Below are positions 10,407 to 20,695 of a stretch of DNA of 64,000 bases, in pieces. The position numbers were made by a program, and so were the translations under genes. A model generated the notes under the pieces. The model worked only from the letters and a program-made list of their open reading frames with translations, made no database searches and had not been told where the DNA came from. Within the stretch, counting starts at the first letter, position 1. Each line of letters begins with the position of its first letter. The stretch is from the NCBI GenBank assembly GCA_043802485.1, contig JAZDKZ010000004.1, positions 24,157 through 88,156 on the forward strand, written 5' to 3'. Origin of the DNA: Candidatus Aenigmatarchaeota archaeon (lineage in GTDB: Archaea; Aenigmatarchaeota; Aenigmatarchaeia; Aenigmatarchaeales; Aenigmatarchaeaceae).

Positions 10407-11234
10407 ATGGAGAAAAAAGGAAGAAGCGGCGTAAACCCGAAGAAGATGAAGGTAGTCGAAGATCTGTCTGTCATGCTTAACGAGTATCCTGTAGTGGGCT
10501 TGGTAAATCTGCACAAGATGCCTGCGTCTGCCTTGCAGAAGATCAAGATGGACATGAAGGGCAAGATGAAGATAAGAATTGCCAAGAAGAAGATGATACT
10601 GTTCGCGCTGGAAAAGACCAAGAAGGACAACCTCAAGGAATTTGTAGTGGGTTATCCGGCACTGATATTCACAAAGGAGGACCCGTTCAAGCTTTTCTCG
10701 CTGATATCAAAGCATATCGTCAAAAGGCCTGCAAAGCCTGGCGACATACCAGAAGCGGACATAGAGGTAAATGAAGGCCCGACAGATATACCGCCTGGGC
10801 CTGCGATATCAACCCTGTCAAAAGTCAAGATACCTGCAAAGGTTCAGGGTCCAACCATATCTATAATGAGGGACTGTGTGGTCTGCAAGGCAGGAACTCC
10901 TGTTTCAATAGACCTTTCGTCAGCGCTGCAGATGCTGAAGGTAACACCGATGAAGGTTAGCCTTAATATGCTGGCATTCTCGGAAAAGGGAACAGTCTAC
11001 AGCAAGGACCAGATGTTTGTCGACGAGGTCAAGCTGGTCAATGATATTCATTTGGCAATACGGAACGCCTTCAACCTTTCAATGAACTCAGGCTATCCGA
11101 CAAAGGAGACCATAGGCTTCATGCTTGCCAAGGCGCAGCTGGAGGCAAAGGCTTTGGAAGCTGAATTGGGAAAGGGCGCTCCCAAGGAAGAGCCAAAAGA
11201 TGAAGAAGTGAAAGAAGCGGAGAAAGCGGAATAA
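10407..11234 (+). CDS. rpl10: 50S ribosomal protein uL10 (P0)
   Basis: PAKPGDI...GPTDIPPGP insertion domain, YPTKETI; operon context. Confidence 0.95.
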   Translation: MEKKGRSGVNPKKMKVVEDLSVMLNEYPVVGLVNLHKMPASALQKIKMDMKGKMKIRIAKKKMILFALEKTKKDNLKEFVVGYPALIFTKEDPFKLFSLISKHIVKRPAKPGDIPEADIEVNEGPTDIPPGPAISTLSKVKIPAKVQGPTISIMRDCVVCKAGTPVSIDLSSALQMLKVTPMKVSLNMLAFSEKGTVYSKDQMFVDEVKLVNDIHLAIRNAFNLSMNSGYPTKETIGFMLAKAQLEAKALEAELGKGAPKEEPKDEEVKEAEKAE

Positions 11235-11262
11235 TAATTACAAAAAAAATGAGGTGTAAAAA

Positions 11263-11556
11263 ATGGAGATGATATACAGCGCGTTGTTATTGCACAGTGC
11301 AAAGCAAAATGTGGACGAAGCCAACATAACAAAGGTCTTGCAGGCTGCAGGCATATCGCCTGACGCAGCAAAGGTCAAGGCAGTCGTCGCATCGTTGGAC
11401 GGAGTCAACATAGAAGAGGCGATAAGCAAGGCAGCAATGCCAGTCGCCGCAGCACCGGCAGAAGCAGGCGCAGCTAAGAAAGAAGCAAAAGACGAAGATG
11501 ACACAGAAAAGAAAGCTGAGCAAGCAGTTGAAGGCTTGGCAGGTCTATTTGGTTAG
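11263..11556 (+). CDS. rpl12: Ribosomal stalk protein P1/L12
   Basis: [11 protein letters not shown]...GLAGLFG; SD GAGGTG upstream. Confidence 0.96.
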   Translation: MEMIYSALLLHSAKQNVDEANITKVLQAAGISPDAAKVKAVVASLDGVNIEEAISKAAMPVAAAPAEAGAAKKEAKDEDDTEKKAEQAVEGLAGLFG

Positions 11557-11702
11557 TTTTTTTAATTTAGCCAAGCTTTTGATCAGCTTTCTCTAACGGT
11601 TTTTCTAATTCTATTTATAATTTAATTTATAAACTGTAATGCTAGAACACTACGAAAAAACAGCAAAATCAAGCTTAAATCTTTTTGTATTGTTATAGTA
11701 GT

Positions 11703-13220
11703 ATGAAGTTAGCAAAATTGGTACCAATATTTGTGTTATTGATTTTTTCAGTGACAGCAGTTATGGCAACACATTCGACACAGATTTCTCTTCAGCCAAG
11801 CGAGTGGTCCATGGGCGCTGAGCAGGACGTTTTATTGAGCGTCGTGAACAGTGGCGGGGACAACATAGTCATGGTTGAGCTAAAGGTTCCGGAAAGCGAC
11901 CTAGTACCTTTGTACAAGCTATTAGAGTTTACCACGCCGCAAGGCTGGACATACGCATATACAACAAAAGATGGTCAAACACCATACAAGGTAACTTGGA
12001 CAACAGAAGGAAGCGGAATAGCAGTAGGAGAAACTGTGAAATTCGGAGTAAGGGCACAATCACCCAACGAGAAGGGCGAATTTGTCTGGTCTTGGATGAC
12101 AAAGGATGTAGCAGGCTCTGCAAAGTCAGGAACCCTGACAACAAAGACAGGCTCAGCACCTTTGGCTTACCTGAAGATAACAGCACCTTCCAAAACAAAG
12201 GCAGGCAACTCGTTTGGAGTAACAGTTACAGCATACGACAGTTCCGATAGAATAAAGACCGATTATGCAGGAACATTAACTTTCAGTTCATCTGACCCCC
12301 TGGCAACACTAGCAGGTTCGTACACCTTCAAGACATCTGACAACGGCGTCAAGTCCTTATCGACAAAGTTGAGGACGGCTGGGGAGCAGACGATAACTGT
12401 GAGTGATGTTAGTAGCAAGATGTTTGCAACAAAAACTCTGGAAGTTGAAGCAGGAAGTCTTGTATCATTGAAAATAGTCGCAGACGATTTGGATACAAAC
12501 GTCGGCCAGACTGTTGTGTTCAATGCATTAGCAAGCGACCTTTTCGGTAACCAAGTCGATGTTACGGACGGAACCACCTGGAATGTTGACGACGAGGCAG
12601 ACGGCAGCTGGAAGGACAACACATACAAGACAGCAATCAGCGGCCTGTGGGTCGTTACCGGAAAATACAGCACACTAGTTGACGGTGTGGTGTTGAAAGT
12701 CGGTGGACAGGTTGTGGAAGTAGAGGTGCCTGTTGAAATCCCAGTTGAGGACACAACGACACCAGAAGAAGAGGTTGTGGTACCGGAAATACCAACAGCA
12801 GAGATGACAATAAGCGGAGACGATGCTATAACAATTCCTGCAGGCTCGAACGATACAATGGTCCTTACTGTCAGCAACAAAGGCGACGTAGACCTAACAG
12901 GAGTCATGTTGAGCTTTACAGGCATACCGGCTGACTGGGTATTAACATTCCCACTATCCAGCGACATAGCAGCAGGGAGCTCAAAGGACTATCTGGTGAT
13001 AATCTATGTGCCGGACAACGCAACAGACGCCAGGGACATAACGTTCTCGGCAGTGGCTGACGAGGGAGCAAGCGCAGAAAAGCAGGTCTCACTAAGCCTT
13101 GTATCGCCTGCAACAGGTTTGTTGGAAGCGATTCCAAAGAACATCTTGCAGCTGGGCGTGGTGATAATTGCAGTAGCAGCGGTCATCATAATCGGTTGGG
13201 AACTCTGGTTCAAGAAATAG
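11703..13220 (+). CDS. Cell-surface Ig-like protein with C-terminal anchor
   Basis: ATG 11703, signal peptide, Thr/Glu/Val linker, TM tail WFKK. Confidence 0.8.
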   Translation: MKLAKLVPIFVLLIFSVTAVMATHSTQISLQPSEWSMGAEQDVLLSVVNSGGDNIVMVELKVPESDLVPLYKLLEFTTPQGWTYAYTTKDGQTPYKVTWTTEGSGIAVGETVKFGVRAQSPNEKGEFVWSWMTKDVAGSAKSGTLTTKTGSAPLAYLKITAPSKTKAGNSFGVTVTAYDSSDRIKTDYAGTLTFSSSDPLATLAGSYTFKTSDNGVKSLSTKLRTAGEQTITVSDVSSKMFATKTLEVEAGSLVSLKIVADDLDTNVGQTVVFNALASDLFGNQVDVTDGTTWNVDDEADGSWKDNTYKTAISGLWVVTGKYSTLVDGVVLKVGGQVVEVEVPVEIPVEDTTTPEEEVVVPEIPTAEMTISGDDAITIPAGSNDTMVLTVSNKGDVDLTGVMLSFTGIPADWVLTFPLSSDIAAGSSKDYLVIIYVPDNATDARDITFSAVADEGASAEKQVSLSLVSPATGLLEAIPKNILQLGVVIIAVAAVIIIGWELWFKK

Positions 13221-13229
13221 TACTATCGA

Positions 13230-13256
13230 CTTTTTTCACATTTTCTTTTTATTTTA
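13230..13256 (+). terminator. Oligo-T archaeal terminator
   Basis: T-rich tract directly after stop codon. Confidence 0.5.
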
Positions 13257-13310
13257 TCTTGTCAGATGTTATTTTATAAAATGTTTTGAGAATATTCTAT
13301 AAGTGATAAT

Positions 13311-15062
13311 ATGAATTCCGACGAGCTGAAGAGGCTGTACATAGATTTTTTCAAGAAGAAGAAACACGCAGTTATTCCTAATGTTTCCCTTATACCGGAA
13401 AATGATTCTACAGTGCTTTTTACTACAGCAGGCATGCATCCGCTAGTTCCATTTCTTTTGGGCCAACCGCATCCGCAGGGCAAAAGACTTGTTAATGTCC
13501 AAAAATGCTTTAGAACCAGTGATATAGACGAGGTTGGAGACGACTTTCATCTAAGCTTCTTCGAGATGTTGGGCAACTGGTCGTTGGGTGACTATTTCAA
13601 AGAGCAATCTATCTCATGGAGCTTCGAGTTTCTGACCAACAAGGAATGGCTCGGAATAGACAAGGAAAAACTTTTCGTTACAGTATTCGAGGGCGATGAA
13701 AATGTCCCAAGGGACAATGAAAGCGCAAAGATATGGGAAGGTCTGGGCATATCAAAGGAAAGAATATACTACCTTCCTAAAAAGGACAATTGGTGGGGGC
13801 CGGCCGGTAACACAGGTCCTTGCGGGCCTGACACTGAAATTTTCTATGACACAGGCAAGGAGGTGTGTGGTAAAGATTGCAAACCGGGCTGCTCGTGCGG
13901 TAAGTACAACGAAATATGGAACAATGTTTTCATGCAGTACAACAAAAAGACTGACAGTGTGTATGAAGAGCTGGAGCAGAAAAACGTTGACACCGGAATG
14001 GGAGTCGAAAGGACTATAGCCGTCTTGCAAGGAAAAGATAATGTGTATGATACTAAATTGTTTGCTCCTCTGATTAAAAAAATCAAAGAACTGTCAAAAA
14101 ACGCTAACGAAAGGAGCATAAGAATAATCACAGACCATATGCGCGCCACATCTTTCATTCTCGCAGAAAATATAGTTCCGAAGAATGTGGAGCAGGGATA
14201 CGTTCTGAGAAGGCTGATAAGAAGGTCCATAAGGCACGGGAAACTTTTGGGAATTGAAGAAGATTTTCTGACAGACCTGGCAAACATAGTTATCGAAAAT
14301 TACAAGAAAGAATATCCTCACTTGGAAAAAAACAAGGAGTTCATAATCGAGGAGCTGAAGAAAGAAGAGAAGAAGTTCAAGAAAACTCTTGAGAAGGGCC
14401 TAAGAAAGTTCAAGGAATTGACAAAAGACAAGAAAGAATTAGACGGCAAGGAGGCATTCCTACTATTCCAAAGCTATGGCTTCCCCATAGAGATAACCAA
14501 GGAGCTCGGAGAGGAGAGTGGGATTGAAGTAGATGCGAAGGGCTTCTGCGAAGAGTTCGAAAAGCATCAGAATATATCAAGGTCCGGTGCTGAGAAGAAA
14601 TTCGGCAGCGGACTCGCAGACACTTCAGAAAAGACGATAAGGCTTCACACGGCAACGCATCTGCTCAATCAGGCCTTGAGGAAAGTCCTGAAAAAGGATG
14701 ACATCTACCAGAGGGGCTCGAACATAACCCCAGAAAGGCTCAGGTTTGACTTTAACTTTGACAGGAAGCTGACCGACGACGAGTTGAAGCAAGTGGAGGA
14801 CTTGGTGAATCAGAAAATAAAAGAAGCAATCCCTGTGAAGAGAATTGAGACGAGCTTTGATGAAGCGAAAAAAATGGGAGCACAGGGCGTGTTCGAGGAA
14901 AAGTACGGCGAAAAGGTCTTTGTCTATTCCATAGGCGATTTCTCATGCGAGATATGCAGCGGCCCGCATGTCGAGAACACGAAAGGACTAGGTCATTTCA
15001 AGATTGTAAAGGAGAAGGGAATCGCTGCCGGCGTTAGAAGGATAAGAGCTGTTCTGGATTAA
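13311..15062 (+). CDS. alaS: Alanine--tRNA ligase, short form lacking C-Ala domain
   Basis: LFTTAGMHPL, FFEMLGNWS, GPCGPDTE, DTGMGVER, editing HTATH and CSGPH, GVRRI. Confidence 0.97.
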   Translation: MNSDELKRLYIDFFKKKKHAVIPNVSLIPENDSTVLFTTAGMHPLVPFLLGQPHPQGKRLVNVQKCFRTSDIDEVGDDFHLSFFEMLGNWSLGDYFKEQSISWSFEFLTNKEWLGIDKEKLFVTVFEGDENVPRDNESAKIWEGLGISKERIYYLPKKDNWWGPAGNTGPCGPDTEIFYDTGKEVCGKDCKPGCSCGKYNEIWNNVFMQYNKKTDSVYEELEQKNVDTGMGVERTIAVLQGKDNVYDTKLFAPLIKKIKELSKNANERSIRIITDHMRATSFILAENIVPKNVEQGYVLRRLIRRSIRHGKLLGIEEDFLTDLANIVIENYKKEYPHLEKNKEFIIEELKKEEKKFKKTLEKGLRKFKELTKDKKELDGKEAFLLFQSYGFPIEITKELGEESGIEVDAKGFCEEFEKHQNISRSGAEKKFGSGLADTSEKTIRLHTATHLLNQALRKVLKKDDIYQRGSNITPERLRFDFNFDRKLTDDELKQVEDLVNQKIKEAIPVKRIETSFDEAKKMGAQGVFEEKYGEKVFVYSIGDFSCEICSGPHVENTKGLGHFKIVKEKGIAAGVRRIRAVLD

Positions 15063-15092
15063 TACTAGCTCATCACTAACTAAACAATCACT

Positions 15093-15548
15093 CTATCCGA
15101 TATTTATCTGAACCTTGTCCTTGATGTCCAACAAAGGCAAATCCAATCTTGCCGTCACAAACCATCTCACTTCCGTATCCTTTCCTGATAATATCTGACC
15201 AGCCTTTATCAACGTACCTAAGTTGTTATTTGGTAGTGATGGATTATCTGATATCCTAGGAATCTTCATATTGAACTTGTATTCTCCCTTTGAGTATTCC
15301 TTTTCTCCGTCTAATTTCTGCTCGAAATCAAACACCTTCACCGTCTTTGTTTCCATATTCATATTTCCACTAATATTTGAAGTCGTCCTAGTTTTCTTTT
15401 CTCCATATATTCCGACTTTCAATGCTTTCGCCTTTGTAGGTTTCAAGTCAAGTATTACCTTGCCTTTTATGGTGTCTCCTTTGGAGAAATTGAACTTTTC
15501 AAGGACGACTGCTACCTTCTTTTTACCTAAACCAAACATTTTTTTCAC
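15093..15548 (-). CDS. SpoOM/arrestin-N-like protein
   Basis: GDTIKGKVIL...YKFNMKIP...VRWFVTARLD pattern; AT-rich. Confidence 0.55.
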   Translation of the reverse strand: MKKMFGLGKKKVAVVLEKFNFSKGDTIKGKVILDLKPTKAKALKVGIYGEKKTRTTSNISGNMNMETKTVKVFDFEQKLDGEKEYSKGEYKFNMKIPRISDNPSLPNNNLGTLIKAGQILSGKDTEVRWFVTARLDLPLLDIKDKVQINIG

Positions 15549-15609
15549 CCTTTATAATTTACAAAACCATGTTTATTAATCTTGCATCATTTGTGTAAAG
15601 AATGCGTAA

Positions 15610-15633
15610 TGTGGAGGGCAGGATTTGAACCTA
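15610..15633 (-). other. Isolated tRNA 3'-end fragment (T arm plus acceptor 3' strand), att-like scar
   Basis: Minus strand TAGGTTCAAATCCTGCCCTCCACA; no D or anticodon arm upstream. Confidence 0.6.
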
Positions 15634-15637
15634 TGTA

Positions 15638-16096
15638 TTATCTGTAGTCTATTCTTACGACGTCCATGTTGTTTATTTTGTATAGCTCATAATCCTTGTT
15701 CTCCACAAAGCTTGTATAAGAAATTAGGCAGTTGCTACAGACGTACATTTTCATGGAGTGGTTCCCGTTGTTGCAGTAATCAAATATGCATGTTGAATTG
15801 AAGGTCTCCCCCCATATACCAAAGAAGTCTTTCAGTCTGACATCATCATCAGTATTTTTGTATATAATGCTGTCATAATCAGTTGTGAAAAGTATGTCTG
15901 TCGCATTGTTGACGATACCAACTCCCGCGGGTATTTGTTGCAAATTATTATCAATATATATATTCAGTCCAAAGGCCCAAACGTCGCTCTGCTTCTGAGT
16001 TGGGAAAGCGAAAGACAGGGCATAGGCAAAGCTGCTGAACAGGAAAGCTGATATTATGAAAATGCTTATTATTTTCTTCTTAGTAGACTTTTTCAT
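15638..16096 (-). CDS. Membrane-anchored hypothetical protein
   Basis: 152 aa, N-terminal TM, IPAGVGI and LKDFFGIWG motifs. Confidence 0.7.
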   Translation of the reverse strand: MKKSTKKKIISIFIISAFLFSSFAYALSFAFPTQKQSDVWAFGLNIYIDNNLQQIPAGVGIVNNATDILFTTDYDSIIYKNTDDDVRLKDFFGIWGETFNSTCIFDYCNNGNHSMKMYVCSNCLISYTSFVENKDYELYKINNMDVVRIDYR

Positions 16097-17040
16097 TTCT
16101 TTGCACCGTAATCCAGCGGGGTTTTCTCGCCGTAGAACCCGCCCTTGATGAAAAGGTAGGCGTTTGTGGCAGCGACAGCACCGCCTGCTGCGGCAGTGAC
16201 TATCTGCGCCAGGGCACCTGTCACGTCACCGGCAGAGTAGACGCCGGGAATGTTGGTCTCCATCATGTCGTTGACCTTGATATAGTTCTTTTCCGATACT
16301 TCAACTCCAGCAGACCTGACAATCTGCGTTGTGGGAATTTCTCCAACATCGATGAAAACTCCGTCAACTTCCAGCTCTGTTATTTTCTCATCCTTGACGT
16401 TCTTGATAATGATCTTCTTGACAACGCTGTCGCCTTCTATCCTCTCGACAACAGAGTCCCAGATGATACTGACCTTGGTCTTCTTCAGATTCTCCTGATT
16501 CTTTTCCTCTGCCCTTAATTTATCTCTTCTGTGGATAAGGAAAATTTCTGATGCCAATTCACTCAGGTAAATAGCCGACTTTACAGACGTGTCCGAACCA
16601 CCTATAACAGCAATTTTCTTTCCTTTGAAAAGCGGGCCGTCGCACGTGGCGCAGTAGGAGACACCCTTGCCTATGAACTTGTCCTCGCCCTCGGCGCCGA
16701 GCTTCCTGTGCTGCATGCCTGTTGCTATTATGACGACCTTTGATTCATACTCCTTGTCAGAGGTTTTTACCTTTTTGACCTTGCCAGAAATATCAAACGA
16801 TTTCACAGTATCCACAACTATTTCGCAGCCCGCTTTCTCGGCCTGGGCTTTCATCTTCTCGGCCAGCTCCATGCCACTGATGGGTTCTGAACCAGGATAG
16901 TTCTCCACAACATGAGCCCAAGCCATCTGGCCTCCCAATTTCTCGCCGATTATCAAAGTCTTCAGGTTTCTCCTGGCAGCGTATATGCCAGCAGCCAGGC
17001 CAGCAGGCCCTACGCCAACAATTATTATATCATATTCCAT
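16093..17040 (-). CDS. trxB: Thioredoxin reductase
   Basis: GVGPAG, ENYPG, GVSYCATCDG, IHRRD, AGDV. Confidence 0.95.
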   Translation of the reverse strand: MEYDIIIVGVGPAGLAAGIYAARRNLKTLIIGEKLGGQMAWAHVVENYPGSEPISGMELAEKMKAQAEKAGCEIVVDTVKSFDISGKVKKVKTSDKEYESKVVIIATGMQHRKLGAEGEDKFIGKGVSYCATCDGPLFKGKKIAVIGGSDTSVKSAIYLSELASEIFLIHRRDKLRAEEKNQENLKKTKVSIIWDSVVERIEGDSVVKKIIIKNVKDEKITELEVDGVFIDVGEIPTTQIVRSAGVEVSEKNYIKVNDMMETNIPGVYSAGDVTGALAQIVTAAAGGAVAATNAYLFIKGGFYGEKTPLDYGAKK

Positions 17041-17108
17041 GACATCACATAATTATATTAATAAGATAGCTATTAAATTTAATAACTATAATATTTGAAG
17101 GTTTTTAC

Positions 17109-18299
17109 ATGGATCAATGGGTACTTGATATAAAGCAAAGGGCATTGACAGGAAAGCCCCCTGTTTCTGGAGGCAGGTCAGACAAGCTCAACAAGGTCAG
17201 CTTTGACGGTCTTGTCTTCGTTCCAGCCCAGTTGACGAAAAGGCCTGTCGACTATTTCAGGGACAAGGTCGATTCTGAAACCATTATAGGCAAGACTTCA
17301 AAGCATCCGTTGAAGCTAAAGATTCCGATTCTTGTGGGAGCCATGAGCTTCGGTGCCCTGAGCAAGGAGGCCAAAACGGCAATTGCAAAGGCATCAGCCA
17401 CGGTAGGCACAGCAACCAACACAGGGGAGGGCGGCATGCTGCCGGAAGAAAGGGACAACTGTTCTTTATTGATAGCACAATATTCTACCGGAAGATTCGG
17501 AGTAGATGATGATTACATCAAAAAGGCGGACGCCATCGAGGTGAAGATTGGCCAGGGCGCAAAGCCTGGGCAGGGCGGGCTGTTGCCTGCTCACAAGGTC
17601 ACGGATGAGGTGGCAAAGGTGAGAAAAATTGAGAAAGGCAAGGACGTCCACTCGCCGCCATACCACCCGGACATAAAATCTGTTGAAGATTTGAGGAAGA
17701 AGATTGAATGGCTGAGAGAAAAGAGCGGAGGCAAGACAATCATACTGAAGCTTGGCGCAGGCAATGTCGAGAAGGATGTGGAGATAGCGCTGCAGGCAAA
17801 CCCTGACGTGATAGCCATTGACGGCATGGAAGGGGGGACAGGCGCTGCACCCAAGATAATGCTTGACGATTTTGGAACGCCGGCACTTTCCGCGTTGGTA
17901 AAGGCAAGAAAGATAATGGACAAGCTGGGAGCAAAGCAGGAGCTTATCATAGGCGGCGGCATAAACAAAGGCGCTGACGTTGCCAAGGCATTGGCCTTGG
18001 GAGCCGACGCTGTCTTCATGGCATTCCCGCTGCTGATAGCCATGGGCTGCACCTATTGCAAGCAATGCTATACTGGCAAGTGCCCGCTAGGCGTCACGAC
18101 CCAGGACCCAGAGCTTAGAAAGAACCTGAACGTGGAAGAAGCTTCGAAAAGGGTTGCCAACTTCTTGACTGCCTGCACAGAAGAGGCCAAGATGGCTGCC
18201 GCGGCGACGGGCAAGAACAATGTGCACGGACTTGACAGAAACGATTTGCGTTCAATCGATTTATTGACAGAAAAGATAACCGGAATCCCGTTGGCTTAA
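17109..18299 (+). CDS. FMN-binding glutamate synthase domain protein (archaeal GltB2 type)
   Basis: AMSFGALS, NTGEGG, EVKIGQGAKPGQGG, CTYCKQCYTGKCPLGV. Confidence 0.93.
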   Translation: MDQWVLDIKQRALTGKPPVSGGRSDKLNKVSFDGLVFVPAQLTKRPVDYFRDKVDSETIIGKTSKHPLKLKIPILVGAMSFGALSKEAKTAIAKASATVGTATNTGEGGMLPEERDNCSLLIAQYSTGRFGVDDDYIKKADAIEVKIGQGAKPGQGGLLPAHKVTDEVAKVRKIEKGKDVHSPPYHPDIKSVEDLRKKIEWLREKSGGKTIILKLGAGNVEKDVEIALQANPDVIAIDGMEGGTGAAPKIMLDDFGTPALSALVKARKIMDKLGAKQELIIGGGINKGADVAKALALGADAVFMAFPLLIAMGCTYCKQCYTGKCPLGVTTQDPELRKNLNVEEASKRVANFLTACTEEAKMAAAATGKNNVHGLDRNDLRSIDLLTEKITGIPLA

Positions 18300-18457
18300 G
18301 CAGGGATTTCATTGTATTCTTCTATCTCAGAAACTTGAGCATTGTATTTTATATTTTTGATTTCTTTTTTAACTTCTCTCTCTGATAGGTATGCGCACGC
18401 ACCGCCGATTGCGCTGATAGCAACCATAGAGACTACATACCCTAAATAAACAGACAT
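18296..18457 (-). CDS. Small single-TM protein (53 aa)
   Basis: Manual translation MSVYLGYVVSMVAISAIGGACAYL...; fills intergenic gap. Confidence 0.5.
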   Translation of the reverse strand: MSVYLGYVVSMVAISAIGGACAYLSEREVKKEIKNIKYNAQVSEIEEYNEIPA

Positions 18458-18488
18458 GCTAATAATACAAAGAAAACGGATTTAAGCC

Positions 18489-19133
18489 TTATTGGGTATC
18501 TTTGGCCTTTCTCTTTTCGTTGCCCCTTTTAATCAGATAAAGTATTCTCAGCATCCATTCTAGAACTATCGAGAATATCAGGAACTGGAGTATGCTTGAC
18601 CACAGCAGAGGAACTTCGGAAAGCCTGGCTATCGTCGTCTCTATCGAGAAGAAATTGCTGCCTGTCAACGAAACTGCCATTAGACCAAACGGTATGAGTT
18701 TTGCGATGTCTGTTGAGAGGTCCTCGCTGTAATATGAAAGCAGCCTTGTCGCGGAAACGATTGATATTGAAAGCATAAGAACCGTGCCTACTGTAGCATC
18801 AACTGTCATCAACAGCATCAGCAGAGAGAGTATCACGAACCAGATGATTATGTAAAAGGGGAAGATGACGCCGTATTTTAGTATGTAGGCAAATATGCTT
18901 CCGGCCTTTCTCAGGTTCTTGTGCTTGGTGTCTGGTAAGTTGTACTTTTCCAGATTTATCTTGAAAATGTCCCTCTTGGACAACGTCCTGTAGAACTTCC
19001 ATACGAACACAGCGTAAACCGACAAGGCCAGGACGGTCACAAAGAGCTGCAAGTATGTCTCCCCTATTATCGGGGCTATCAGACTGTAAAAGAAAGTGTA
19101 TATCTGCTGAACAATGCTTACAACATCAACCAC
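18489..19133 (-). CDS. Multi-pass membrane protein
   Basis: GTG start at 19133 preceded by AGGAG; about 5 hydrophobic segments. Confidence 0.75.
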   Translation of the reverse strand: MVDVVSIVQQIYTFFYSLIAPIIGETYLQLFVTVLALSVYAVFVWKFYRTLSKRDIFKINLEKYNLPDTKHKNLRKAGSIFAYILKYGVIFPFYIIIWFVILSLLMLLMTVDATVGTVLMLSISIVSATRLLSYYSEDLSTDIAKLIPFGLMAVSLTGSNFFSIETTIARLSEVPLLWSSILQFLIFSIVLEWMLRILYLIKRGNEKRKAKDTQ

Positions 19134-19953
19134 GATATATCTCCTGGGCCTCTTTGGAAAGCGTCCTGAGCTTTCTAACACGTATGCCTGTTATCTTGTT
19201 TAGTTCCTTTGTTGATATATCTATAAGGTTCTTCATAAGAATCATGCCAGATAATGCGAACTTCTCCTGCGAGTCCTGGTCAAGCTTCCTGAGCATTGTT
19301 ATCGGGTAGAGGTTCCTTTTCTCTATCATGTCCCTCAGGTTGTTCTTTTTGGGATAGTTCCAGCCTATTAGCTTGATGCCAGCGCATTCGGAATATTTCA
19401 CAGCGTCCTCAGAAAAGTGGGTGTTGCACACCAACCATGGCTGGTCAAGCTGCTGGCACTTGCCTGTCTTGCAGCCTTTGACAACATCCAAGAACCTAGC
19501 ATAGGTGTACAGGGCCTCTTTCAGGCCTGTGTAGATGCCTGGAAGGTTGTGGTACTTGCACTCTATCATGTAGCTCTTGTTGTTCAGAGTTGCGATGACG
19601 TCAACTTCCTGGTCAACGCAGAACCCGTTGAGCATGCTTTGCACCTTTGTCTTGTAGCCGTATTCTTTCAGAATCTCTGCTATCAGATGCTCGAAGGCAA
19701 AACCTGAAGGGCCGAGCCTGAACAAGGCCCCCTTCAGATCGTAGCGGGCTGCTATGAAGGGTTTCTGCTTCTCCAGCATCCTCAGAGTCATTCTCAGTAT
19801 TTCCCTGGTAGAAATGCCGTCATAAGCCTTCTTCTCTACATCCCTTGCTATCCTATTTGCCAAAGCCTGTGTGGCACCTGCCTTTAGGCAGGTCCTCTTT
19901 ATCTTGTTGATGTCCAATGGTTCTGTTTCTCCCGAGGCTTTGACAACCCACAT
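19126..19953 (-). CDS. ATP-cone plus Mrr-like PD-(D/E)xK endonuclease
   Basis: VVKASGETEPLD ATP cone; GFAFE, EVDV, IECK. Confidence 0.85.
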   Translation of the reverse strand: MWVVKASGETEPLDINKIKRTCLKAGATQALANRIARDVEKKAYDGISTREILRMTLRMLEKQKPFIAARYDLKGALFRLGPSGFAFEHLIAEILKEYGYKTKVQSMLNGFCVDQEVDVIATLNNKSYMIECKYHNLPGIYTGLKEALYTYARFLDVVKGCKTGKCQQLDQPWLVCNTHFSEDAVKYSECAGIKLIGWNYPKKNNLRDMIEKRNLYPITMLRKLDQDSQEKFALSGMILMKNLIDISTKELNKITGIRVRKLRTLSKEAQEIYRG

Positions 19954-19986
19954 GTATCAGAAATAGCTTTTTGAATTAATAAAAAG

Positions 19987-20090
19987 TAGCCCCCGCAAGA
20001 TTCGAACTTGCGTTTACTGCTCCAGAGGCAGTTGTCTTATCAAAACCCCTCGGTTAAGGGAGGTTTTCTTGACCACTAGACGAGGGGGCT
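19987..20090 (-). tRNA. tRNA-Gln(CTG) with ~31-nt non-canonical D-arm intron (20037-20067)
   Basis: Acceptor AGCCCCC/GGGGGCT, anticodon arm ACTGC-CTCTGGA-GCAGT, T arm GCAAG-TTCGAAT-CTTGC, BHB-like intron. Confidence 0.92.
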
Positions 20091-20127
20091 GTATGATATA
20101 AATTTTATGTCTTCAGTGTTTAAGAAA

Positions 20128-20634
20128 TTATTGTTTCAACGCTTCCGCAATCTTCTTGCCGAACTCTGCAGCAGCCTGCGGGCCGTTGGCTGTTATCACG
20201 TTCTCATCCGCCTCCACAGGATTGCCAGTGTAAGTGCAGACGGCGTTGAGGTTGTCCCTTTCCGAAGGGAAGGCCGTCGCCTTCTTGCCGCTCAGGATGC
20301 CTGCATTGGCCAGTATCGACGGCGCGATGCAGATGGCAGCAACGACCTTGCCGTCCTCGTTGAACTGCCTTACCAGCTCCAAAGCCCGCTTGTTGTCAAA
20401 GTACTGGGCGCAGCCCAGGCCGCCCACGAACACAAGCGCGTCGTATTTGTTAGAATCAGCCTCGTAGAAGTTCATATCAGGTTGGACTATCTTACCGAAC
20501 TTGCTCTTTGAAGGTTGACCGGTCGAGTTAGCCACCTTGACCTCGTTGCCAGCATCCTCTAGGACCTTTCTTGTCTCGAAATACTCCTCGTCCCTAAAGT
20601 CTGCAGGAGCGATTATCATGAGCACCTTCTTCAT
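20128..20634 (-). CDS. DJ-1/PfpI family protein
   Basis: FRDEE, FVGG, AAICIAP, ITANGP. Confidence 0.92.
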   Translation of the reverse strand: MKKVLMIIAPADFRDEEYFETRKVLEDAGNEVKVANSTGQPSKSKFGKIVQPDMNFYEADSNKYDALVFVGGLGCAQYFDNKRALELVRQFNEDGKVVAAICIAPSILANAGILSGKKATAFPSERDNLNAVCTYTGNPVEADENVITANGPQAAAEFGKKIAEALKQ

Positions 20635-20695
20635 AAGAATTATTTGGAGTTAGAACAAATAAATAGTTGTTCGCTTCATTATTTACAGTGATTAT

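Noticed and set aside
12263..12967. 234-aa minus-strand ORF
   Set aside because: Antisense shadow of the surface protein 11703-13220
13311..15062. Short AlaRS as a pseudogene
   Set aside because: Aminoacylation and editing motifs are intact; C-Ala-less forms occur in reduced genomes
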